The notes beneath the pieces are model-generated. The model worked only from the letters and a program-made list of their open reading frames with translations. It was not told the origin of the DNA and ran no database searches. Shown piece by piece: positions 51,853-64,000 of a stretch of DNA of 64,000 nt (positions are counted from its first letter, which is position 1; each line of letters opens with the position of its first letter). The translations under genes were made by a program, and so were the position numbers. This DNA is from Sminthopsis crassicaudata (lineage: Eukaryota): contig NC_133620.1 of assembly GCF_048593235.1 (NCBI RefSeq), forward strand, positions 49,850,852-49,914,851, in the 5' to 3' direction.

Positions 51853-54800
51853 GTCAAAAGTCAAAAAGGTGATTAGGGGGGCTAATGACTCTGAATGGGC
51901 AGATGAGGAGGTTTGTGAGAGATATTGTGGAGATAGAAAGTTTGACTACCAATTGAATATGTTTGGAGAGTCAAAAGATGATTAATGAAGTTTCTAAACT
52001 AGGATGGTGGTACCTTGAACAGTTATGGGAAACAGTGGAAATGGATTTTGGGTAAGCACAACAGATCTCCAGTGGCTAAAAAGCAAACCCTTCTCTCTAA
52101 CCTCTATTGCTTCCTTTCGCATCCTCAGACACCTTGTCTCTCTCCCTGCTCCCTATAGCAATGTTCCATTCCATATCTGCCCACTTCTTCCACTTTGTCC
52201 CTGGGAACTAACGATAATGAACATACTTTATTTTAGATTGCATCATTGCAAGCTCCTTCTATCTTTTGGTTTTCACTGAGACCACACTTCCTTTCAATGA
52301 CAAAGGGAACCCTTGAGTTCCCTTTCCAGTTATAACTGTACTTTCTTTCATACCTTTGGTCTCATTAGTTCCTGATGGGGAATGTTCCACATTGCTACTT
52401 CCAAATTCTCCCTTTCTCCTATCATTTAGAAACCCTTTCTCTTTTGAATTTTACGCTATCCAAATTTAATGTTGTTATGATTATTTCTTGATGACCCTTT
52501 AAAACCTTCTCCTTCCCTTTTCAATGAGTAGCTCTGACCACCCTTATACTAGTGAAATTCAATATACATGTTAATGTTCTCTTAAATACCCTCCACAATC
52601 TGCTCACCTCCCAAGACCTATCACTCTTATTCCATTCTGCTTATTTACACTTCAGGAGGTTACACCCTTGAACTTGTCACCACTCACAAAACCATAAATA
52701 TTCACCTTTTATGATCAAGAACTCTGAAATTCCTTTTTCTGATCACAGGCTCCTATCTTCTCTCTATTCTACTCCTAAAATTATTCATAGTTCTTATTGT
52801 GACTCTAATTCTTTCACCTTTCAGCATCTTACCAGGGCATTTGTTTTGTTCTGTTTATGTTATACTCCTTTTCCAATCTAGACCTAGGGGGAAAGTAATA
52901 AGATTCATTTGGATGTATTGTATTTGAGATTCCATAAGAAAAATGGGCGGAGATGCCCACTAAATAGTTGGAGATGCAAGAAAAGAGTAGGTATATAGAT
53001 CTGGAAGTCATCTGTATAGAGATAATTCATTGGAGAAGAACTGCATTGGTCTGCTATGATCCATGGGATCACAAAGAATTGAACATGACTGAATTATTGA
53101 ACAACAAATATCAAACTAAGTATGTGCAGATAGAGATAAGAATGGGGGATTCTTGATGGCTGGACCAATAATTTCACTGGTGTATGGGAATGGGAGATTT
53201 CATTTGTGTAGGGAAATCTCTGGGTGAGGAATCTCGGTCCCAGACTGACATCAATTTCTTTGTAATCTTAAGAGCTTCCTAAAGGATTTGGAGCTGAAGT
53301 GATTGCTCAGGATCCCACAGTCAACATGTGTCAAGGGGAAACTAGATCATGTTGACTTCAAAGACCCCACTTCCCCCCCCCCATCCCATGCTGCCTCTAT
53401 AAAGATAGATAGAACATATACAAAATAAATATATGGCAATTTTGAGATTATGGGTGCTTAGAAGTCAGAATTGTATATGGTTACTGCAAGAATAAAACAC
53501 CTGCTCATGGTCACCCAATTGGTATATTTAAGAGAATATTTGAATCTAGCCCATGCTTCTTTAAGTCAAACTGGTTCTTGGAGTAAGAAATATAGAAGTT
53601 ATTTGGGGGCGGGAGCTATGTGGAAACCTGTATAACCTTGTTTAAAATTTGATTTGTTTGATTTGGTAGTTTTAATGTATTAAAAAAATCTGGCCCATTG
53701 ATAAAGGCAGATTGTTAAAAAAACAAAGGGGGGGGGAGGAAATGGGAAAAGACATTAACTGGGAACTTTTCTGAATAGAGTAAATGAGGATAACATTATA
53801 GAGACTCTGTCATTAATCATAATATACTGCTCCTTTGGAGAGGGGTGCCAAAATCGAAGTCATACTACACCCAACATAAGCTTAAAGGATCATAAATTTT
53901 AAGGTGGAAGAGACATCATTGATTTTCTTTGACAAGGAAGAACCACCACTACCACTACCACAGATGTCATCTGGTCCAGTGTCACCATTTTACAAATGAG
54001 GAAACTGAGGTCAAAAGCAAGGAAGGTACTGTACAAGTAGTCATATTTCACAAATAGTGAGCATCCTTACTAGAATATGATCTCATGTTTTCTGATTCCC
54101 AATCTAGTACTCTTTACTTACATTTACTGCTTATGTGAAATATAGTACCAGTCTAGCTTCGGAGATGCTCACCTCTGGTGGTAAATTTAGCAAACTCAAT
54201 TTAACAATTTCATTCTATTCAATTTAGATCCATTCCATTCATTCATTGCTAAGTGAAAAATTCCCTCTTATTTTATGATCCTACACAGTCAGGGAGAAAA
54301 TTTTCCAGGTAATTCCAGTTTTACACTTTGAAATAAAACCCTCCCTGGTTTTCCTAAGCTTTTAAAAAATTTTTATTACTTTTTCATAAGCTTTTGAAAG
54401 CATTTCTCCCTCTCTATTTTGCAACAGGAAAGAGGCTTGCTTTTGGGGTACGGACAATAGAAAGATTGCAATTCTAGTCATTTTTTCTCTGTGTTATTTT
54501 TTCAAGCATATTTTTAAAATTATGGTCCTCGTTACTGCATATTTCCATAATCTGTTGGGTTTATTTTTTAAATTGGAATACTTTAGCCATATGAACCCAC
54601 CCTCAACCCAGATTACCAATTTCATTGTCATTTGATTCTCCTTTTTTCCTAAAATAGCAAGTTAGATTCCCCATATTCTAACAAAACAGCTCCCTTTTCC
54701 TTTCTCTGGTTCTCTCAAGTAATTGGCCCCCTATGAAAAACAGTACCAAACCATTGGTAATATATGGGATTGAAACCCCCATGAGAATATTTAACTACAA

Positions 54801-57271
54801 ATTGTCTAAGAAAAAGTGAAACACACAGTCTCCCTCCACCCCCTTTTTTCTTTTTTCTCATATTCCTGGGGATAGCTTTTGATTTTGAAAACTTCACCCT
54901 AACCTCTTACCTCTTGAGAAAAGCCAGGGGGAGCAGAGGAAAGTCCTGTGGGGTCAGTCTGGGAGGATCATCATTAAATCTGTAAGCTTCTCTATTTCCC
55001 TCCTAGGTTTGTGCTTTTAAATGAAAGAAATTTCTTTTAAACCTTAGCTTCCTCTGTGACTTGAGGGTAATCATCCTTAAGTTACTTAGAAAGATGACTG
55101 TGAAGATCAAAGGAAAGACTGTCTATGAAAATTTGTAACTGTAAATCACTGCAAAATATAAGCTACTGTCATTGTCAGATAGAATGGACGCTTTTTGAGG
55201 TCAGGGACTATTTTTATTGCTATCATCTGGTACAATGCTTTGCACTGGGAATGGCAGAAGAGTTGGATTTATGATTTTTATCAATATTTCTATCGAAACT
55301 TTGAACCCCTTGAGAGCAAGGGCTAGTGTGTGTGTGTGTGTTTGTGTATATGTACCTTTGTTTCTTTCTTATTCCCAATACTTAGCCCAGTGCCTAATAC
55401 TTAATAAATATTTAATGACTGCCTTCCAAAGTAGAGATTCCCTCTATCATTAGAGATATATCACTAGAGATTACTTGGGACTCAAGGAAATCATGGGAAT
55501 TATTAAAGGATTCCATAGTTAGTATATTTCAGAGGTAGTGCTTGTTTGAACCCAGGTGATATAATGGGTAGCACACTGGAACCAGACTCAGGAAAACCTA
55601 AGTTTAAATGCAGCCTTAAGCACTAGTTGTGTGACCCTGAGTGAGTCATATATTGTTTGTCTTAGTTTTGTCAATTGTAAAATGGGGATAATTTTAGCAT
55701 GATTATAATAATAGTAACTACCTCCTGAGACAGTATCAAAGGAAAAGATATTTATAAAATTCTTAGTACAGTCAGTGGCTCGTGGTAACTGTTACATAAA
55801 TGTTAACTATTATTATCACCATCATTATCATTATTATTCTTATTATTATCATTACTTGTTTGACCTTGGGCAAATCTTTGTGTTTCAGTTTTTTTCTGTA
55901 AAATAAAGGAGTTGAACAAGAAGATGTCCAAGATTCTTTATGCTTAGGGGATTTTGGTCTTAGAGATTGTGCCATTTATTATTTCTTTAATTATCCTTAA
56001 AAATCATAGTTCCTGTTTTTTTTTTTTCTTTTACATCCCCTCTCCTTTTATAGAACATTTTGTGTGTGGTCACCTCTCCTGGTTTGGCATTCTCTCTGAG
56101 ACACCAAAGAATTCTCCATTACTCCAATTGCACATTTTGGGATATGGTTATGATTGTGTAATAATATTCTGTTTCAGATCTTGAATATTTTGTGGGTTGT
56201 TTCTAGAGACACTGTCTTTTAAAGTAATGCCAGAATAAAAGCTAAGAAATGGAGGTTGGAAGGAAAAAAAATGAGCCTGGTGAAAGACATACTGTTCTAA
56301 TATAGCTTCTCCTGGTTTTAGCTGGATCTTCTTCCTTTTATAAGAGGCAGACCTGTTAGAGCTATGCACTTGCTTACAAGGCAAAAGACATGGGTTCAAA
56401 TCTTGGTTCTGTTGCTTACAGCCTGTATGGCAGGGAGAGTTAATTAACATCTGCAAAACAGAGGGCAGAGAGAGGATGGGCTTAGATGACATCTGAACTC
56501 TCTTCTAGTTCTAAATATATGTTTCTATAGTATAAAACATTTAAACAATCCTACTATGTTCTGTGGATTTGTTTTAAGAATAATAATAGCTAGCATGTAA
56601 CACTTTAAAATTGATCCTCTCTGCTATTCTTTTCTTTCAGTAGTCAAATAAGAGGGTTGGCTTAGGTGGTCTCTATTGAACATTTTCAATTTGTTTTGTT
56701 TTGTTTTCAAGACTTTTATACATTATTTCAGATTACTGAGGTTTCCCCCCTTCTTTGTGTGGGTTGTATCTATCAATATTTACTGTATTAGAAGTTAAAA
56801 TGTCTCCAGCCTCACTGGAATAGTCTTGGGAATTCCAGGGATCCCTAGAGCATACTTTGAAAATTGCTCGATAAGGTGCTGATAATGGATTGGTAAATGT
56901 TTAACAACCAACTGTTTGAAAAAAAAAAAGGTATAGGACAGATGTTTAAGTTTAATTAATTTTTCTAACATTTCTCCATTGCTTTCTTAAATCTAAATGT
57001 CCAGCAAAACAACAAATTAAACCTTGAATTGTATCATATTTTGGTTTTTAGATGTAAATGCTCAGACTGATAATTTAAAAAATCAACTCTCATGGTTCCA
57101 GCACATATCCCTGTCTATAAGTTAAATTTCAGGTAGAAAACCTATAAAAATGTATTACAGAACTGGAAAATAGCTTCAAGATTACCTTATTCAACTCTTC
57201 ATGTTACAGATGAGGCAATGGGGTACAAAGAGGTTTGTATTAGGGGTTAGAAAACTGAGACAACTCTAGAC

Positions 57272-57471
57272 CAGTGGTATCAAGGACCATTAATCTATAT
57301 ATAAGAACCCCTGAAGTTTCCATATTGATTTAGTTTTAAAATGAAACATTACCTATATTTTTCCTAAATATTATCTTTTTTGATTAAAATATCTCCCAAT
57401 TACAGTTTAATCTGGTTTATGCTGTACTTGAGAATGTTACACTCCTAGAATATGTAGTTGAGATACTCCTG
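57272..57471 (+). mobile_element. hAT-type MITE, third copy
   Basis: Ends CAGTGGTATCAA...GATACTCCTG, shares the internal TCCCAATTACA.TTTAATCTGGTT, and has CTCTAGAC/GTGTAGAC-like flanks. Confidence 0.65.
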
Positions 57472-57889
57472 TGTAGACACTAATGGAAGTAGATGGTACA
57501 GTGAAAAGCGTACTGTACATGGAATCAAGACCTGAGTTCACATGGGAGCTTAGACAGTTTCTAGCTGGATGATTTGGGTAAGTTACTTAACCTTTGTCTG
57601 CCTGAATTTCCTTTGTAAAATGGAGACTAAAAATAGCCCTACCTCCTAGAGTTATTGTGAGGATGGAAGAATATCTATATAAAACATGTTGTAATCCTTG
57701 AAGTGTTATATACATGCTATTATTAGTGTTATGGTTTTAGTTATGGCAGTTGTTTTTATACTAACCTGTGATTGTGATCTCCCCCTAAAAGAGGAAAGAA
57801 TAGGTCATTTGTTACTAGGTTATTGACACCCTTTTAATTCAAAGAAAAGGCAAGGTCCAGGTTTAACCTTTTATATTATTTTGTTGTCT

Positions 57890-58105
57890 AGTGATTTTTC
57901 AGTTATGTCTGACTCTTTGTGACCCCATGCGAAGTTTTCTTGGCCAAAATATTGGAGTGGCTTGCAGTTCATTTTACAGATGAGGAAATAGAGTGATTAG
58001 GAACATAGAGCTAGTAAGTCTTCGAGGTCAGATTTGAACTCAGGAAAATGAGTCTTTCTATCTCCAGGCTTGTTGCTCTAGGCACTATGGTACCATCTCA
58101 CTACC
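57890..58105 (-). mobile_element. MAR1-like SINE
   Basis: TCTGACTCTTTGTGACCCC...TTTTACAGATGAGGAAA...GATTTGAACTCAGG. Confidence 0.7.
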
Positions 58106-59182
58106 CCTTCATATTATAGTTCAATCATTACTACTCTGTTACTCTAGCTCTTGCTTGGTCTTCTCCATCTCTTCAGTCAACCTTATTCAGGCACCCCTCG
58201 AGGTCCAGGAGGCTTATTTCCAATATTTTCCTGCTTGTTCAAGAATTGCCTCCAACTGCTGTCATCTCTTGGCCATGGGGTTCCATTCCTCAGGGAACAT
58301 GTGGTTTTCTGGAAGGAACTGGCAGATGTGTAGACTTCCCTTTAAGGGAATTGAGTCTGAATCTCTATAGGCTTTCTCTTCCCTTAATTTCTAAGTATTT
58401 GGCCAGAGTCACCCTGGGTGTGCTTTCTAAGGTTAGCTAGGATAGTTTAGTGGATAGAGTGTTGGATCTGGAGTAAAGAACAGCTGGATTCAAATCTTAC
58501 TTCAGATATTTACTAGCTGTATGATCCTAGGAAACCTTAGATTCCCCAACTGTCAAATGAGGATAATAGTAGCACCTATCTTCCAGGATTATTGAAAGGA
58601 TAAAATTGTTGTCGCTGATGGTATTCATCCTCTTGTTTTTGAAGAGGACCAATAAGATCATAGATGATGTTTTGTGTGTAAATTGGATTTAAGTGAGGCA
58701 GACAATGTTATCAGCCTCACTCTCCCTTCTAGAATCATTGAAATCAATACAGGTGATGGCTCAGAATTTAAAGCAGAGAATAAATGCATTTTGATATCAT
58801 TGTTGAAATAATTATATGGTTATGGGCTCCGTTCTAAACTTGGGACTCCAAAATTCTGTGATTTGAGGTATTTTCTATTCACATTTGGCTGTTGCTAGAA
58901 ATCATACATATTGAAACATGCTGCAAAATAAACTCATGTGAGTTTTTTATAATAATAATGGTATAAAGGTAAAATTAAGTATGATTTGTAAAGCTCTTTC
59001 CAAACCTTAAAGTGCTACACAAATACTAGCTATATTATTGTGTTAAGTGAGATGATTAGGAATGATGAGCTTCTAAGTGTCTTCAAACCAACTAGGGCTA
59101 TATTTAGATTCCCAATTCCCAAATTCATTTTCCTCCCTGGGAATACTGCAAGAATATAGGAAATTTTTTTTGAGGAGTCACA

Positions 59183-59639
59183 TTTTTTTTAATTTTTAAA
59201 TTAATTTTATAATTATAACATTTTTGACAGTACATATGCATAGGTAATTTTTTACGACATTATCCCTTGCACTCCCTTCTGTTCTGAATTTTTGCCCTCC
59301 TTCCCTCCACCCCCTCTCCTAGATGGCAGGCATTCCCATACATATTAAGTATGTTATAGTATGTCCTAGATACAATATATATGTGCAGAACCGAATTTTT
59401 TGTTGTTGTTGTTGTTGTTGCAAAGGAAGAATTGGATTCAGAAGGTAAAAATAACCTAGGAAGAAAAACAGAAAATGCAAACAGTTTACACTCATTTCCC
59501 AGTGTTCCTTCTCTGGGTGTAGCTGATTCTGTCTATCATTGATCAATTAGAACTGGATTAGATCTTCTCTATGTTGAAGATATCCACTTCCATCAGAATA
59601 CATCCTCATAAAGTATTGTTGTTGAAGTGTATAATGATC
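59183..59639 (-). mobile_element. 5'-truncated L1 3' end with degenerate TSD
   Basis: Flanks GAGGAGTCACAT (59172-59183) and GAGGAGCCATAT (59640-59651), 10/12 identical. Confidence 0.75.
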
Positions 59640-59658
59640 GAGGAGCCATATACTTGAT

Positions 59659-59903
59659 TGTGAAAGATACCTAGGTCTTAAGGATTAACTGTCAGGAATG
59701 CAATGAGCCCCTTATTCCTGGGCATCCTTTTGGGAGGTGAGATATCAGAAGAACTATTGAAGGGAGAAACTCAGAATAGGGTTCTTTGTTTGACATGGCA
59801 TCCAAATGGACAGAGACCTTGACTTTATGACTAAGGTTAAACTGAGGTCTGGGAATATTCCACAACTTTGAGGAAACGACCTAAAAGAGATACTACTAAG
59901 TGC

Positions 59904-59957
<54 letters not shown>

Positions 59958-60260
59958 CTAAAAACTGGAAAAGAATAGGGACAGAAATTCATCAAAGAGA
60001 GTTATGAAAGAAGAGATTATAGGCCATTTCCTGGAAGTTGGATGAAATTCATGTAAAGAGATAAATAGCCCTTGTAAGAAACACATTAAGGAACCACACT
60101 ATAAAGTTGAGTTGAGAGTCTTGGACAATTGATCTCAAGAGATAAGGGGAAGAATATCAGGTTAGTCAAGCCATCACCCCCTCCAATATCTTGACCACTA
60201 TCCCCTTTACCACCCTTATGGAGATATTTTAAGACTCTGAACCCAAGAGCCTTGGAAAGA
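59659..60260 (+). mobile_element. Possible decayed betaretrovirus-like ERV 5' end (LTR end, Lys-type PBS, gag remnant)
   Basis: CA|TGGCATCC junction and short Gag-like peptides in different frames. Highly degenerate; see findings. Confidence 0.3.
59906..59955. repeat. (GT)n microsatellite, about 25 units
   Basis: Directly visible. Confidence 0.98.
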
Positions 60261-60713
60261 ACAATGCTTCTAACCTGAAACCATTTTCTTGGGAAGCAAA
60301 ACCCGTGGAGAGGAAGCCTAGTAGCTATTCATCTAGGTGCCATAGCTATGATTTTAAGGAAAGGTATAGAAAGGGGAAATTATGCCATATATTTAAAAAC
60401 TTATATGATTTTATCAGTGGAAATAACATGAAAGAAAAGATTTAATTCTTGCTTTGCTGCTACTCCCTAAAGACCATGACACCTTTTTGTCATCGTTGCA
60501 TCTGAAACCTCCCATTCGTGTTGTCTACTCTATAGAACATGAACTCTATGAGAGCAACAATTAACTCACTATTCTATTTGAAACCCTGATGCTTAGTAGG
60601 ATGCTTTGCCCATAGTAAAAGATATAATAATAAATATTCTTGAAATTTATCTATTCAAGTAATTGGGATAATTTAGGGTTGGAAGGGGCTCCTAAAGGAT
60701 TTGGGTGATATAA

Positions 60714-61161
60714 TGTAAAAGAATAAAAGGAATAAAACTCTAGTGCTGAAACTAAAATTACACTTACTCTCACTACATTTTATCTGTTCCATGAATCGAG
60801 GAGAGGGAACAATTTCTGGAGAGCCATTTGTGAAGGAATATCCATGGAATGGGGAGAACTCAGGTTGACTTGATGGAAGGAGCAGGCTCATTGGCTGAGG
60901 TGGTTCTTCCCAGAAACCCTTGCATTATCCCACGCCCATTCTCTGGGAGAATAAAAGAAATAGAGAGTAGAAATAGGAAACTAGACTAGGGAGATGAAGT
61001 GAGAAACTGGGTCTTTTCTGGTCTGCTTAGTCCTGGATTAGTGGTCCAATTGAAGGCTTTGTGTGTTTCTTGTCATGACACCAAGAAATCTGGGATTTTT
61101 TTAGCAATGGCTTTCATCCTGGGCCCATAGAATGGGTATGAGGATGCAGTGAAACCTTACA
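60714..61161 (+). mobile_element. Probable solo LTR (448 bp)
   Basis: TGTAA...TTACA inverted termini with internal CCAAT, CACGCCC and TATA-like boxes in promoter order. TSD not convincing. Confidence 0.55.
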
Positions 61162-61904
61162 GAAAATAGAAAGAACATAGACTGTACTTGGAATTGGGGG
61201 TCCTAGAGTCAGGAAAGGAAAGTCTATCATCTATAAAATGGATGTTCCATATATATATTTTTCTATTGTACACATCTAAACATCCCATGCAGGGTTCAGG
61301 GTCCTGGGTGATGGCCAGAGAGTGGCAGCAGGATGCATCTGGTAAAAGAAGCAGGATACACATGTTTCTGGTGTCTCTGAGGATGAGGAGACTCTCTTTT
61401 ATAATTTTTTCTCTTTTTTTCTAAATTTTCTATCTTTTTAAATAAATTGTGCAGGAAATATAAATAGATGCCACTGGTTATAGTATTGCCATGAAAATGA
61501 CATTGAATTTTGTCATATATTGAATATTAATATAGAACTTTATAGTTTACAAAACTTTTTAAGTAGAGTATTTTATTAGATCCCTCTAACAACTCAAAGT
61601 GGAATGCCAGTCAACTGTTTTTCTTCCCATCTTACAGATGAGTAATCTGGATTCTAGAGAGTTTAAATAGTATGCCCATAACCACAGAGTTAAATAAATA
61701 TCAGTGTATAGATTTGAAATGAGATCTCGTGGCTTTTTGACTATTTCCTTGGAGTGATGTTAAGCTGTTTCACTGTCAAGTACATGGTAAAGTCCAAAAG
61801 AGTCTTGTTGTGAACAGGGTGGACACTTTGTGGTCTGTAAGGCTATGGAATTCTTTTAGGAAATCATCTTTGAGAACATCAGTGGAACCTTCCCAGGAAG
61901 TGAT

Positions 61905-62257
61905 GAGAGACAGAGAAAGGGGCAGAGAGAGAGGAATATAGAAAGAGGAGCAAGTAGAGAGAGAAGGGCAGAGAGAAAGGGAAGGAGGGAGGGAGGGAGA
62001 GAGATAAAAAGAGAGAGAGAATGAGAGAGGGAAAAGAGGGGATGGAAGAAGGGGGGAAGAAGGGGGAGGGACAGAGGAAAGGGACAGAGAGTGAGATAAA
62101 GATAGAGAAACACATGCAAACACACAGAGACACATAGACACAAAGACAGACAGACTATACACACAGAGACACACACATACACACACAAAGACAGACAGAC
62201 ACACATAGATATAGAGACATAGAGACACAAAGACACACACAGAGAAACACAGAGAGA
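61905..62257. repeat. Polypurine tract grading into degenerate (GA/CA)n repeat, ending at a gap
   Basis: Directly visible; source of the spurious minus-strand ORFs 61776-62438. Confidence 0.95.
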
Positions 62258-62427
62258 NNNNNNNNNNNNNNNNNNNNNNNNNNNNNNNNNNNNNNNNNNN
62301 NNNNNNNNNNNNNNNNNNNNNNNNNNNNNNNNNNNNNNNNNNNNNNNNNNNNNNNNNNNNNNNNNNNNNNNNNNNNNNNNNNNNNNNNNNNNNNNNNNNN
62401 NNNNNNNNNNNNNNNNNNNNNNNNNNN
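62258..62427. other. Assembly gap (N run)
   Basis: N characters. Confidence 1.
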
Positions 62428-62994
62428 GTCTCTTGCAAGATCTCTTAAGTGTTGCTGGCTATTCCATACAGGAACAGCATGTGGAAAATAACAGAGGTGC
62501 TAGGAATTCCTCCCTGCTCTGAAATAGGGTGTGTATGAAGAGCCGAGAAGTTGTGTTTATGATATGATTGGGAGTGATGGCAGGGAATTATGTATTGAGA
62601 AGTGTGGGCTAAACATTAAGGAATTAAAAAAAAAAGATCTTTAATGTGAGATGTTTTAGATGATGGAATAATATATAATATTTACATAACTCCTGTCAGA
62701 AACACTCACCAACATGAACCCCATGGTTTTGAAAGTTTTTTAAGGCAAACGCAAAACAAGCAGGAGGCCCCCAGAGTAAAACTACATGAAAGATACTGAT
62801 TTACCCAATATCTTGGAACTTCTAGGCTTCTCCCAAAGATCCTAAAAACACCAACAATAACAATACTCTATTACTCCCATGGACTTGTGATCTTGTCTAT
62901 GTTAAGTCAAGTCAGGTCCCAGTGATTCACAACTCATGAAGGCCTGCCCAGTTTATGGGCAACTGTTATCTATGTTGTTGTTTTGGGGATACTA

Positions 62995-63660
62995 AAGTCT
63001 TATTCTTTAATTAACTTAATTAGCAATTTTGCTAAAGTTGTGGATTATATCTAATTGTTTTTTAATTGATTTTCTAGGGTTCTCTAGGTACACCATCATA
63101 TCTAGAAGAGTGATAATTTGGCTTCCTCATTACCTACTCTAATTCTTTTAATCTCTTTTTCTTCTCTTATTACCAAAACTAGCATTTCTAATTCAATATT
63201 GAATAGTAATGGTTTCATATCTGATCTTATTGGGAATGGTTCCAGTTTATCCCCAATTCATATGATTCTTGCTGATGGTTTTAAATAGATACTAGGAAAA
63301 GTCCATTTATTATACTTTCTAATGTTTTTAATAGGAATGTATATTGAATTTTATAAAATGCTTTTTTCTGCATATATTGAGATAATCATATTTTTTTTTG
63401 TTAATTTGGTTATTGATAAAATCAATTATGCTAATAGTTTTTTTTTCTAATATTGAACGATCCCTGCATTCCTGGTATAAAAACTACTTGGTCATGATGT
63501 ATTATCCTGGAGATGATTATCTGTAATCTCTTTGCTAATATTTTATTTAAGATTTTTGCATCAATGTTCATTAGGGAGATTGGTCTATAATTTTCTTTCT
63601 CTGTTTTCATCCTACCTGGTTTAAGTGTAAGTACCATGTCTGTGTCATAAAAGGAATTCC
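62995..63660 (-). mobile_element. L1 ORF2 reverse-transcriptase fragment (pseudogenised)
   Basis: ORF 63431-63637 reads LKPGR...[26 protein letters not shown]...[20 protein letters not shown], the canonical L1 RT N-terminal motif. Confidence 0.95.
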
Positions 63661-64000
63661 CATTTTTTTTTCAAATAAGTTTATATAGTACTGGAATTAA
63701 TTAATTTAATTACTGTTTGTGTGTTTGTTGTTGTTTGTTTACTTTTTTTGCAGACACTTTGCTATTTTCTCTAGCTCATTTTACATTGGACAAGTGAGGC
63801 AAACAGGATTAAATGACTTGGCCACAGTCATTCAGGAAGTAAATATCTAAGATTAGATTTGAACTTGTTAACATGAGTCTTCCTGATTCCAAGGAATTAC
63901 TTCTACAACCTAGCTGCTCTTTGACTTTTATCGATATTCTCCTATTAATTCATGTCAAAGGATCCACTAAAGTCTTTTTTTTAATATATATATATATATT

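Noticed and set aside
61776-62438. Minus-strand ORFs of 84-220 aa
   Set aside because: Translations of the GA/CA low-complexity repeat and the N gap.
39500-64000. Exons of the neighbouring gene expected from human synteny (DDR2)
   Set aside because: I could not recognise any DDR2 coding exon or second CpG island; that gene probably starts beyond the window.

Overview
Marsupial genomic DNA; the SINE and L1 types suggest an Australian marsupial, probably a dasyurid. It contains one complete protein-coding gene on the + strand, UAP1 (UDP-N-acetylhexosamine pyrophosphorylase, AGX). The gene has a CpG-island promoter with a TATA box (about 1900-2950), a probable non-coding exon 1 ending at 2659, and ten coding exons from 10807 to 38974. 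All introns are GT-AG and splice phases are consistent. The CDS is 1569 nt (522 aa, AGX2 form), or 1518 nt (505 aa, AGX1 form) when the 51-nt cassette exon 34236-34286 is skipped. The poly(A) signal is at 39298. The rest is intron and intergenic DNA rich in L1, L2, CR1/L3, MIR, MAR1-like and WSINE1-like SINEs, hAT-type MITEs, LTR remnants, microsatellites and three assembly gaps; many small MIR/L2 fragments are not listed individually. I see no second gene, RNA gene or CRISPR array, and no clearly new multi-gene system. The best leads are small-scale: (1) an about 85%-identical copy of the exon 2 splice-acceptor region inserted inside an intronic hAT MITE; (2) a dense RBFOX/QKI/YCAY motif cluster around the AGX1/AGX2 switch exon; (3) an ER-stress-like element cassette and paired STAT sites in the promoter; (4) an ARE/AP-1 cluster downstream; (5) an L1 split twice by L2 insertions; (6) a possible decayed betaretrovirus-like provirus. 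Repeat family names, motif assignments and comparisons with human proteins are from recognition or memory, not from database searches.
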